This document shows, piece by piece, positions 1 to 7,485 of a stretch of DNA of 25,068 nt. The DNA is taken from positions 1 to 25,068 of the forward strand of contig CAVTCR010000035.1 in the NCBI GenBank assembly GCA_963733195.1. Reading direction: 5' to 3'. Made by a program: the position numbers and the translations under genes. The notes beneath the pieces were generated by a model. That model did not search any database. It was not told where the DNA came from and was given only the letters and a program-made list of their open reading frames with translations. How positions within the stretch are numbered: the first letter of the stretch is position 1; each line of letters begins with the position of its first letter. Source of the DNA: an uncultured delta proteobacterium (GTDB lineage: Bacteria > Desulfobacterota > Binatia > Bin18).

Positions 1-1
1 C

Positions 2-765
2 AACGCCCATGCGGCCCGAGGAGCGATCGGCGTCGTCCGACGAATTATTCAGCGTCTCAAGCAGCGCTTTCCCCAGGTACAGCTTGTGATCCGGGGCGAT
101 TCGGCGTTTGCCGTCCCGCGCGTGCTCCGCATGGTGGAGGAGCTGGCTCGGGAGTCGGGGGCATCGCCTATGTCTTTGGGCTGGCCCAGAATGCCGTGCT
201 GCTCCGCTTCGGGGCAGCGGCGTTGACGGAAGCGCGCCTGCGCTTTCGGGCCGCCAAGCAAACCGTGCAACACTTCGACGCCTTTGCCTATGCGGCGGAG
301 AGTTGGCCGCAGGCCCGCCACGTCGTGCTGAAAGCGGAGGTCAGCGAGCAAGGCGCGAAGCCTCGGTTTGTGGTGACCTCGCTCTCAGAGTTCGCCCCCG
401 CGCTGCTCTATCACGCGTATGGTGAGCGGGGACAGTGTGAGAATTTCATCAAAGACTTCAAAAACGCGCTGCACGCCGATCGCCTCTCGTGTTCCACGTT
501 TGCCGCGAACTTCTTCCGGCTCTTGGAACACGTTGCCGCCTATGTGCTCTTCCACACGCTGCGCACGCAGGTCGCACCGCTGGCCCCTCCTCTGGGCCGG
601 GCGCAGTTCGATACGCTGCGGCTGCAGCTCTTGAAAGTGGCCGCCATTGTCTCGCAGTCGACACGCCGGCTGCTCGTCCGGCTCCCGGCCGCTTTTCCGT
701 TGGCGCGCGTGTTCCACCACCTCGCCACGCCGCTCGCGGAGCTGCCCGTCCTGTCCTCCGCGTAA
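2..765 (+). CDS. IS1380-family DDE transposase, C-terminal part, with a 1-nt frameshift
   Basis: Frame starting at nt 2 reads NAHAARGAIGVVRRIIQRLKQRFPQVQLVIRGDSAFAVPRVLRMVEELARES; homology continues in the frame of ORF 196-765 (GIAYVFGLAQNAVLLRF...). Adding one G to the G5 run at 157-161 joins them. Confidence 0.85.
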   Translation, partial: RPCGPRSDRRRPTNYSASQAALSPGTACDPGRFGVCRPARAPHGGGAGSGVGGIAYVFGLAQNAVLLRFGAAALTEARLRFRAAKQTVQHFDAFAYAAESWPQARHVVLKAEVSEQGAKPRFVVTSLSEFAPALLYHAYGERGQCENFIKDFKNALHADRLSCSTFAANFFRLLEHVAAYVLFHTLRTQVAPLAPPLGRAQFDTLRLQLLKVAAIVSQSTRRLLVRLPAAFPLARVFHHLATPLAELPVLSSA

Positions 766-973
766 TCGGGCTCGTTCACAGAAAGTTATTCCTCTTTTCA
801 CCGCCGCTCCTGCGTCGGCAGGGAGGAGTCCGTCGGTCTCTGACTTCTGACGCTGCGCATGCCCATCGTGGGCCCTCGCTTTCCCGGGCCGTAGACTTAC
901 GCTAATCACTTTTCATTACAATTCCCGCTTTCTTGTGTCGAAACAGACAACGTCCTATCTTCCGCTTTTCATT

Positions 974-988
974 CATGAATAATCCGGG
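974..988. repeat. Putative right terminal inverted repeat of the IS1380-family element
   Basis: CATGAATAATCCGGG, ~210 nt after the transposase stop, followed by CTAA; partner IR lies outside the window so cannot be confirmed. Confidence 0.65.
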
Positions 989-1112
989 CTAAAAGAATAT
1001 GACAATGCTACGCAACTTATGTTTAGGTGGGACCTGACGGTGTACTAGAGAAGCCGCCTATTCACTTCTCTGCAATGGCTTGGGCTCTGCAACAACAATA
1101 GAGCAACTGCTG

Positions 1113-1121
1113 CTCATGCTA
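1113..1121. repeat. Left target-site duplication of the IS256 unit (CTCATGCTA)
   Basis: Abuts IRL; matches CTCATGCTG at 7378-7386 (8/9, first 8 identical). 8-9 bp duplications are typical of IS256. Confidence 0.85.
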
Positions 1122-1178
1122 GAGGTAATTTGAAAAGGTGTGGAAACAAGAGTCAGGCTGCGTATCTTCTCGGGTGAC
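1122..1178. repeat. IS256 left terminal inverted repeat
   Basis: GAGGTAATTTGAAAAGGTGTGGAAACAAGAGTCAGGCTGCGTATCTTCTCGGGTGAC; reverse complement aligns with 7321-7377 at about 42/58 columns by hand (shared blocks GTCACCC, GCCTGA, CACACCT, terminal CTC). Confidence 0.85.
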
Positions 1179-1222
1179 TTAACCCACTGGGCTCAAAGCC
1201 TGGGTAAAGAAGGAGGGACGCC

Positions 1223-2472
1223 ATGACACAAAAGAGCACTACACCAGAGCTGAAAGTCAGCAGCACGTGGGAGCACTTAGAAGACTGTGTTCGTGAACCC
1301 GTCCAACATTTTATTCAGGCGCTGTTGGAAGATGAGGTGGCAAAGTTATCGGGGCGTACGAAGTCAGCCCGACGAGAGGCCATCGATGCAACCCCAGAGT
1401 ATCACAACGGCTATGGCAAGCCCCGCCGCTTGAGCATGACCAGTGGAACTATTACCGTCGAGCTACCACGAGTCCGAGACGTGAACGAGCGCTTCGTGAG
1501 TCGGATGTTGCCATTGGTCAAGTGGAAGACCAAGGAGGTGGACGAGCTGCTACCCCAGCTCTCCCTGCATGGATTAGCCTTGGGCGATTTTGCATTAGCG
1601 CTACGTGGCCTCTTGGGGGATGGTGCGCCGTTATCTCCGGCCTTCTTGGTGCGACTCAAAGCGCAATGGCAGCAAGAGTATGCCGCATGGAAGCAGCGGC
1701 GGCTGGATGACTTGGAAGTAGTGTACCTCTGGGCGGATGGGCTGTATGTGAAAGCCGGGCTGGAAGATACCAAGGCAGCGCTGCTGGTGATGATTGGTGT
1801 GCTGACCAATGGCCAGAAAGTCGTCTTAGCCGTGGAGAGCGGACAGTGAGAGTCCAAGGAATTGTGGGGGATAATCTTACGGGACCTACGCAGACGGGAG
1901 CTGAAGCCCTGGCGGTGCACGATAGCCGATAGCCATCTAGGCTTATGGACCGCATTAGGCGAGCAATATCCGACCCTGGCGGAACAGTGGTGTTGGAACC
2001 ATAGGATGGTCAACGTCTTGGACGCGCTACCGAAGAAACATCAATCAGAGGCACGTACTCTCTTGGGTGCCATGCCCTATGCTGATACGCAGGCCGCCTG
2101 CGAGGCGCTCCGAGCCGAGTTCACCACTTGCTATCGGAAGCTGGCACCCAAAGCTGTGGAGCGGCGGGCGGATGATTGGGAACGGCTAGTGACCTTCTAT
2201 CAGTTTCCTCAGGCGCACTGGGTGCACGTGCACCTACGGACGACGAACATCGTGGAATCGCCATTCGCCACGGTACGGCTACGCACAACGGCAGCGAAAC
2301 GCTTCAAGAAGGTTGAGAACGCCACGGCCTTAATCTGGAAGATGTTGCAGGGGGCCGATTCGACCTTCCGGCGGCTCAAAGGAGCGGAGTTGTTGCCCGC
2401 TGTATATACCGGCACGCAGTATGTCGATGGTCAGCAGCTGATACAAGCACGCACCAGAGGATCGCTGCCTGA
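1223..2472 (+). pseudogene. IS256-family (Mutator) transposase, inactivated
   Basis: RBS AAGGAGG before ATG 1223; motifs NGYGKPRRL, YLWADGLY, CWNH, LRTTNIVES. In-frame TGA at 1847-1849 (likely CGA>TGA in Q-R-E-S), 6-bp duplication GTGCAC at 2222-2233, and an ...IAA-stop end at 2461-2472 reached only by a 1-nt shift near 2449. Confidence 0.9.
2461..2472. repeat. 12-bp direct repeat ATCGCTGCCTGA, left copy (second copy 7336-7347)
   Basis: Exact match seen on both sides of the cargo. Confidence 0.85.
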
Positions 2473-3541
2473 GTGCTGGGACGCAGGCCTTTTCCTTGCC
2501 CTGGCGAGTGCGAAGGAGTAAAGAAGCACCATGCACTGTGCGAGCTGTGGCTCCGACAATCCGGAGGGGACGAAGTTTTGCGGTGAATGTGGAGCCCCCA
2601 TCCACCCGCGCTGTCCGCAGTGTGGCTTTACGAATCTGCCCTCGACCAAGTTCTGTCGGGAGTGTGGTACGCCGCTCACGGGGCAGTCCTCTGCTTCGAG
2701 ATTCCCCTCACAAGCTCCTCACCTTGAGCCTCCTGTGCGCTACACGCCCAAACATCTAGCCGAACGCATCCGCGCGGAGCAAGCGGCATTGGAAGCACGC
2801 AGCGGCGCAGACGGGGAGCGCAAGACGATCACGGCCCTGTTTGCCGATCTCAAAGGCTCGACGGCCCTGATTGAAGGCCTTGATCCCGAAGAGGCACGAG
2901 CGATTATTGATCCCGCTCTGCAGCTCATGATGGACGCTGTGCATCGGTATGAGGGATATGTCGCGCAAGCGTTGGGCGATGGCATCTTTGCTCTCTTTGG
3001 CGCTCCCCTCGCCCATGAGGATCATCCCCAGCGGGCACTGTATGCCGCGCTGCGCATGCAAGAGGAGATGCACCGCTATGCCGACACGCTGCGAGCCAAG
3101 GGTTATCCATCTCTGCTGATGAGGGTGGGAATGAACACAGGGGAAGTCGTCGTCCGTTCGATCCGCAAAGATGATCTGCATACTGATACGTGCCGTAGGA
3201 CAATCGACGAATTTAGGCTCCGCATGGAGAGTCTGGCACGCCGGGTTAATTCTGCCTACACCCACAAACTCACGGAGGGCTACTTCGCGTTCAGAGATTT
3301 GGGGAAGACACAGATCAAAGGGGTGGAAGAGCCGCACAACATTTACGAAGTGCTGGGCGTGGGGTCGCTACGCACGAAACTTCAGATCGCTGTTCGTCGT
3401 GGCCTGACCCGCTTCGAGGGCCGCCAGAGTGAACTAGAACATCTCCAGCGGGCGCTAGAGCAAGCGAAAGCCGGCCACGGACAAATTGTCGGGGTCATGG
3501 GCGAGCCGGGCTTGGGGAAATCCCGCCTGTTCTATGAATTT

Positions 3542-3569
3542 GTAGGGGCACGGTGCGCCGTACTCCTAC
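3542..3569. repeat. GTAG-type REP-like palindrome inside the cyclase coding sequence
   Basis: GTAGGGGCACGG-TGCG-CCGTACTCCTAC; 12-bp arms with 10 Watson-Crick pairs; translated as VGARCAVLL. Confidence 0.7.
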
Positions 3570-4113
3570 TCGCGCGGCTGTCTGGTGATTGAAGCGTATT
3601 CCGTCTCGCATGGCAAAGCCTCACCCTATCTGCCGGTGATTGAATTGCTCAAGAGTTATTTTGACATCCAAGTCCAAGACGATGAACGCAAGCGACGGGA
3701 GAAAGTCGGCGGTAAAGTGTTAATGCTTGATCGCAGTCTGGAAGACACGTTGCCCTATCTCTTCTTCCTGTTAGGGATCGTTGAGCCGACTTCGCCGTTA
3801 CAGCAGATGGACGGGCAGATTCGGCGGTAGCGCATCCTGGAGGCGTTCAAGCGGATATTGCTTCGCGAGAGTCTCAACCAACCGCTCATCATGATCTTTG
3901 AAGACCTGCACTGGTTGGACAATGAGACGCAGGCCTTCCTGCAACTCTTGAGTGAGAGTGTCGCCACGGCCCGCATCCTCCTCCTCGTCACCTATCGCCC
4001 GGAGTATCAACAGAACTGGAGTGGCAAGACGTACTTCTCGCAACTGCGTCTTGATCCGCTAGGGCAAGAACACGCGGAGGAGATGCTTTCCGCCCTACTG
4101 GACGATAGTGGAT

Positions 4114-4173
4114 CCCTCTCTCTGTTCAGCCGGTCCTGAGCGGAGGCAAAGGAGAGAGGGAGAGGGTGAGGGT
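4114..4173. repeat. CCCTCTC/GAGAGGG-type palindromic repeat inside the cyclase coding sequence
   Basis: CCCTCTCTC (4114-4122) pairs perfectly with GAGAGAGGG (4152-4160), followed by AGAGGGTGAGGG; loop contains CCTGAGCGGAGGCAAAGG; introduces a TGA (4137-4139) in the reading frame. Confidence 0.6.
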
Positions 4174-4291
4174 AGGAACCGATGCGTTACAACCCCTCAA
4201 GCGCTTCATCCTGGACAAAACCGAAGGCAATCCCTTCTTCATGGAAGAGATTGTCCAGACGCTGCGCGAGCAAGGAGTCTTCTCCTCCGAC

Positions 4292-4319
4292 GCAGGGGCA
4301 CGGCGTGCTACGCCCCTCC
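4292..4319. repeat. Second degenerate GTAG-type REP-like copy, in frame in the cyclase gene
   Basis: GCAGGGGCACGGCGTGCTACGCCCCTCC, same length as and alignable with 3542-3569; translated AGARRATPL. Confidence 0.6.
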
Positions 4320-5442
4320 CAAGCGACCTCCGTCTGCCGACCACCGTACAAGGCGTGCTCGCTGCCCGCATGGATCGTCTGCCCGCGGAGGAGAAAGCTA
4401 TGCTGCAAACCCTGGCGGTCATCGGGCGGGAGTTCTCGTCCAGCTTAGTACGCAAAGTGGTACGCCAAGCAGAGGCAGACTTCCACCGCGTGCTCGCGCG
4501 GTTACAGGCGGCGGAGTTTGTCTATGACCAACTGGCCTTCCCGGAGGTGGAATACATCTTCAAGCACGCGCTGACTCAAGAAGTAGCCTACAATTTTGTA
4601 CTCCAGGAGCGACGTAAAGAGTTGCATGAGTGGGTGGCGCAGGCGATCGAAGCCCTCTGGCCTGATCAGGCCGAGGACCGCTGTAGTGAGTTGGCGTATC
4701 ATTACCGGCGCAGCGGCAATCTCTCCAAGGCGATCACCTATCTGCACCGCGCAGGGCAACAGGCCTTACGACGGTCCGCCTATCCCGAGGCGATCGACAC
4801 GATGCGGGAGGCCCTCGCGTTGCTAGCCACCCAGCCCGACTCTCCGGAGGGGGCGCGTCAAGAACTGGCCCTGCGGCTGACCTTAAGTCTCACTTTACGC
4901 ATGGCCCACGGCCTGAGCGCAGAGATGGAACGGGCGTACGCGCGTGCGCAGGCGCTCTGCGACGGGTCGGCGAGACGTCCCAACTCTTCTCTCTCTTGTG
5001 TGGATTACACTCAGTCTTTCTCATCAAGGGAGACTTCCACAGGATGCAGGAGGTGGCGCAACGCCTGGTGCAGATCGCCCGGGACACGGACAATGGGGCG
5101 TTTCTGGTTGAGGCCTATTCCAAGCTCGGTGCTACCGCATATGCACGCGGAGAGTTCTTGCAGGCCCGCGGCTATATAGAACAGTGCCTGCAGCGGTATG
5201 ATCCCGAGCACTACGGGAGCCTGGGGATTACGGCTGGTGGCGAGGTGCGGGCTATGGGTCTGTCGGTGTTGGCGATGGTGCTCTGGTGTTTGGGGTATCC
5301 CGACCAGTGATGAGCCTTGCCCGACTATGGCAGGGCCAGGGCAAGCAAGTCGACGCTCGGCAGCTACTAGCCGAGATCTACGGCTGGTTCGCCGAAGGGT
5401 TTGACACAAAGGACTTGCAAGAGGCGAAGGCATTGCTGGAGG

Positions 5443-7298
5443 GTGTGTCACGAACGCTCGACTGAAAGTTGAGCGGTGCTCTGGGAAAGATGAGGGCAGG
5501 CCCCTCGGAGCCGCCTTTCAGGAGGAGGCTTCAAACCGCCCCCGGCTGCTGCGTTTAAGAGGCGTGGTGGTGAACGCAGGGGGAAAAGGCGTGGCGGCGA
5601 CCACGTCAGGTAAGTTTCAAGGAGATGAGCGCAAGCGAACCGCTGAGGACGTAGCGAAAAAGCCAGACGTGGTCGAAACCAGGGGCGCTTCTAACTTCTG
5701 GGACAAGCCTGCGGGCAACCTGAGTACTGCGCAGGCGGCAACCGGTATATAGGCGGCATGACCTTGAGACAGGCTTTGCTAGGGAACGTGAGAACCTGAG
5801 CTCGCGATGGAAAGGGAAACCGACAAGTGGCAGACCCCACAAGTGGGAATACCAAAGCGCGAGCCAGGGGCGGAGTCGCTCGTAGTAGTGAGGAAGCATC
5901 TGTAATGGCTGTGGAGCGAAGGGGCGACATTATCGAGGGTGGTGATCCCAGCCAACCTCTGCGGAGGGAAGAGCTGGGGACATCGCCCAAGGCCTTTGCG
6001 ATACCCAAGCGCGCGGTCTTCGAGGCTTGGCAGCGGGTGAAGGCGAACCGGGGGGCGGCGGGGATAGACGGGGAGAGCCTGGCAGCATTCGAGCAGCAGC
6101 TGCGGGGGAATCTCTACCGCGTCTGGAACCGGCTGGTCTCGGGGAGCTATTTTCCGCCGCCCGTCAAGGAGGTCGGGATTCCCAAGGCCAGCGGGGGGAC
6201 CCGCCCGCTGGGGATACCGACCGTAGGCGATCGGGTGGCGCAGACAGTAGCGAAGATGGCCCTGGAGCCGCACCTGGAACCGCACTTTGACCCCGACTCG
6301 TACGGGTATCGTCCGGGCAAGTCGGCCAAGGGCGCGGTTGCAGTGACGCGGCAGAGGTGCTGGCGGTACGACTGGGTGGTCGAGTTTGATATCAAAGGAG
6401 CCTTTGACAATCTGGACCACGGGCTGCTGATGAAGGCGGTGCGCAAGCACACGGACTGTCGCTGGGTGGTGCTCTACGTGGAACGCTGGTTGCGGGCGCT
6501 GACCGTGACCGAGGCGGGCGAGGTGAAAGCGCGGCAGCGCGGCACGCCACAAGGTGGGGTGCTCGGGCCGCTGTTGCTTAATCTCTTCCTGCACTATGCC
6601 TTGGATCGCTGGCTGCGACGGGAGCTGCCGATGTGCCCGTTTGCGCGCTATGCGGATGACGGGGTGGTGCATTGCCGCACGGAGCAGCAAGCGCAGGAGG
6701 TGCAGCACCGACTCGCGGCCCGCGTGCGGGAGTGCGGGTTGGAGCTGCATCCGGACAAGACGCGGATTGTCTACTGCAAAGACAGCAATCGCGGGGGCGA
6801 CTATCCCACGATACAGTTTACCTTCCTGGGCTTCACGTTCCGACCACGGCGGGCGCAGAACCGCGCCGGCGAACTCTTTACGAGTTTCCTGCCGGGGGCG
6901 AGCCGCCCGGCCCAGCAGCGGATGCGGCAGCAGATCGCCCAGTGGCATCTGCCCCGCCAGACGACCGAGAGTCTTCGCACCTTCTCGACTCACTACAACG
7001 CCATTTTGGCTGGCTGGTGGCAGTACTACGGGAGTTTCTACCCGACCGAAGTGTGGAAAGTCTTTCGCCATTTCGACGTGACGCTCGCCTGGTGGGCCCG
7101 GCGGAAGTACAAGCCCCTTCGCGGGCATAAGCGCCGGAGTCGTCGCTGGCTAGCGAAAGTGTCGCGCCGGGAGTCGGAGCTGTTTGTCCACTGGCGGCTA
7201 TGGTATGGCATGGCTCGGTAAGGGGAGCCGTGTGAGTCGAGAGGCTCACGCACGGTTCTGCGAGCGGCTGAGGGGGCAGTTCCCTTGGCCGACTCACC
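5443..7298 (+). mobile_element. Group II intron, IIB / bacterial class D (RmInt1-like), 1,856 nt
   Basis: 5' GTGTG at 5443; domain V GAGCCGTGTGAGTCGAGAGGCTCACGCACGGTTC (7225-7258) with AGC triad; domain VI with bulged A 7292 and 3' end ACC; removal restores ...LLE-E-L-S-stop; EBS1 candidate CTTCTA (5688-5693) in the loop of stem 5679-5685/5695-5701 pairs with exon end TGGAGG (5437-5442). Confidence 0.93.
5974..7221 (+). CDS. ltrA: Group II intron reverse transcriptase/maturase, no endonuclease domain (~415 aa; start uncertain)
   Basis: VKANRGAAGIDG, SGSYFPPPV, RPLGIPTVGDR, SYGYRPGKSA, FDIKGAFD, GTPQGG, RYADD, FLGFTF, ends LFVHW; closely resembles class D intron proteins such as that of RmInt1. 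Confidence 0.95.
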   Translation: MGTSPKAFAIPKRAVFEAWQRVKANRGAAGIDGESLAAFEQQLRGNLYRVWNRLVSGSYFPPPVKEVGIPKASGGTRPLGIPTVGDRVAQTVAKMALEPHLEPHFDPDSYGYRPGKSAKGAVAVTRQRCWRYDWVVEFDIKGAFDNLDHGLLMKAVRKHTDCRWVVLYVERWLRALTVTEAGEVKARQRGTPQGGVLGPLLLNLFLHYALDRWLRRELPMCPFARYADDGVVHCRTEQQAQEVQHRLAARVRECGLELHPDKTRIVYCKDSNRGGDYPTIQFTFLGFTFRPRRAQNRAGELFTSFLPGASRPAQQRMRQQIAQWHLPRQTTESLRTFSTHYNAILAGWWQYYGSFYPTEVWKVFRHFDVTLAWWARRKYKPLRGHKRRSRRWLAKVSRRESELFVHWRLWYGMAR

Positions 7299-7320
7299 AG
7301 TTATCCTGAAGCAGAGAACC

Positions 7321-7377
7321 GTCACCCAAGAGTATATCGCTGCCTGATTCTATTTACACACCTATTGCCAAGATCTC
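7321..7377. repeat. IS256 right terminal inverted repeat, overlapping a transposase-like tail (7306-7347, LKQRTVTQEYIAA-stop)
   Basis: GTCACCCAAGAGTATATCGCTGCCTGATTCTATTTACACACCTATTGCCAAGATCTC; complementary to 1122-1178; immediately followed by the duplicated target CTCATGCTG. Confidence 0.85.
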
Positions 7378-7473
7378 CTCATGCTGAGGCCTTCGTCAAG
7401 CTCACCTGTGCCTGCGGCACTGGCGCAGGCAGGACAGGCGACGCCGCAGCAGCGGCGAAGTCGAAGCACGAGC
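7378..7473. repeat. Right target-site duplication (7378-7386) and composite REP-like palindrome at the 3' end of treY
   Basis: Outer arms CTCATGCT (7378-7385)/AGCACGAG (7465-7472); CTTCGTC/GTCGAAG; inner TGCCTGCG (7409-7416)/CGCAGGCA (7424-7431); CGCCGC (7442-7447)/GCGGCG (7452-7457). Confidence 0.65.
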
Positions 7474-7485
7474 CTGCCTCTTAAC

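Larger units (their letters stand above)
1..988 (+). mobile_element. IS1380-family insertion sequence, 5'-truncated by the window edge
   Basis: Transposase motifs (RGDSAF, PRFVVTSL, YxxRGxCENxIKDFK, LRLQLLKVAA) followed by a putative right terminal IR CATGAATAATCCGGG (974-988; reverse complement begins CC as typical of the family). Confidence 0.85.
2531..7309 (+). pseudogene. Double zinc ribbon + class III adenylate/guanylate cyclase + AAA ATPase + TPR protein, decayed; exon 1 2531-5442, exon 2 7299-7309
   Basis: Four CxxC motifs, LFADLKGST and LGDG cyclase motifs, Walker A GEPGLGKS, Walker B IMIFEDLHW, GNPFFMEE, YIFKHAL, C-terminal MSLARLWQGQGK...EIYGWFAEGFDTKDLQEAKALLE (5310-5441) completed as ELS-stop after intron removal. 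Lesions: clustered deletions 3185-3255, frameshifts ~3570, ~4115-4170 and ~4960, TAG at 3828-3830, large deletion at ~5307. Confidence 0.9.
1122..7377 (+). mobile_element. IS256-family element enclosing ~4.9 kb of cargo (cyclase pseudogene plus group II intron)
   Basis: 57-bp imperfect terminal IRs (1122-1178 and 7321-7377), flanking 8/9-bp direct repeat, Mutator-type transposase starting 101 nt inside the left end. Confidence 0.85.

Noticed and set aside
892-922. Outward sigma-70 promoter in the IS1380 right end (TAGACT...TACAAT)
   Set aside because: 19-nt spacer and only moderate matches; not supportable from sequence alone.
1076-1091. GG-N10-GC match TGGCTTGGGCTCTGCA
   Set aside because: Poor flanking consensus and no native gene downstream; likely chance.
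1847-1849. In-frame TGA as programmed readthrough or selenocysteine
   Set aside because: Position corresponds to a conserved Arg (RES motif), CGA>TGA is a single transition, and the gene has other lesions.
5827-5973. N-terminal extension of the RT ORF in the ORF track
   Set aside because: Overlaps ribozyme domains I-III; similarity to class D proteins starts only near 5980.
5779-7128. 449-aa ORF antisense to the intron RT
   Set aside because: Shadow ORF typical of GC-rich coding sequence; no recognisable motifs, fully overlaps a confident gene.
2531-7221. RT as part of a DGR, retron or CRISPR-associated system acting on the cyclase gene
   Set aside because: Complete group II intron RNA (GTGTG start, domains V/VI) surrounds the RT; no template/variable repeat pair, msr-msd or CRISPR array was seen.
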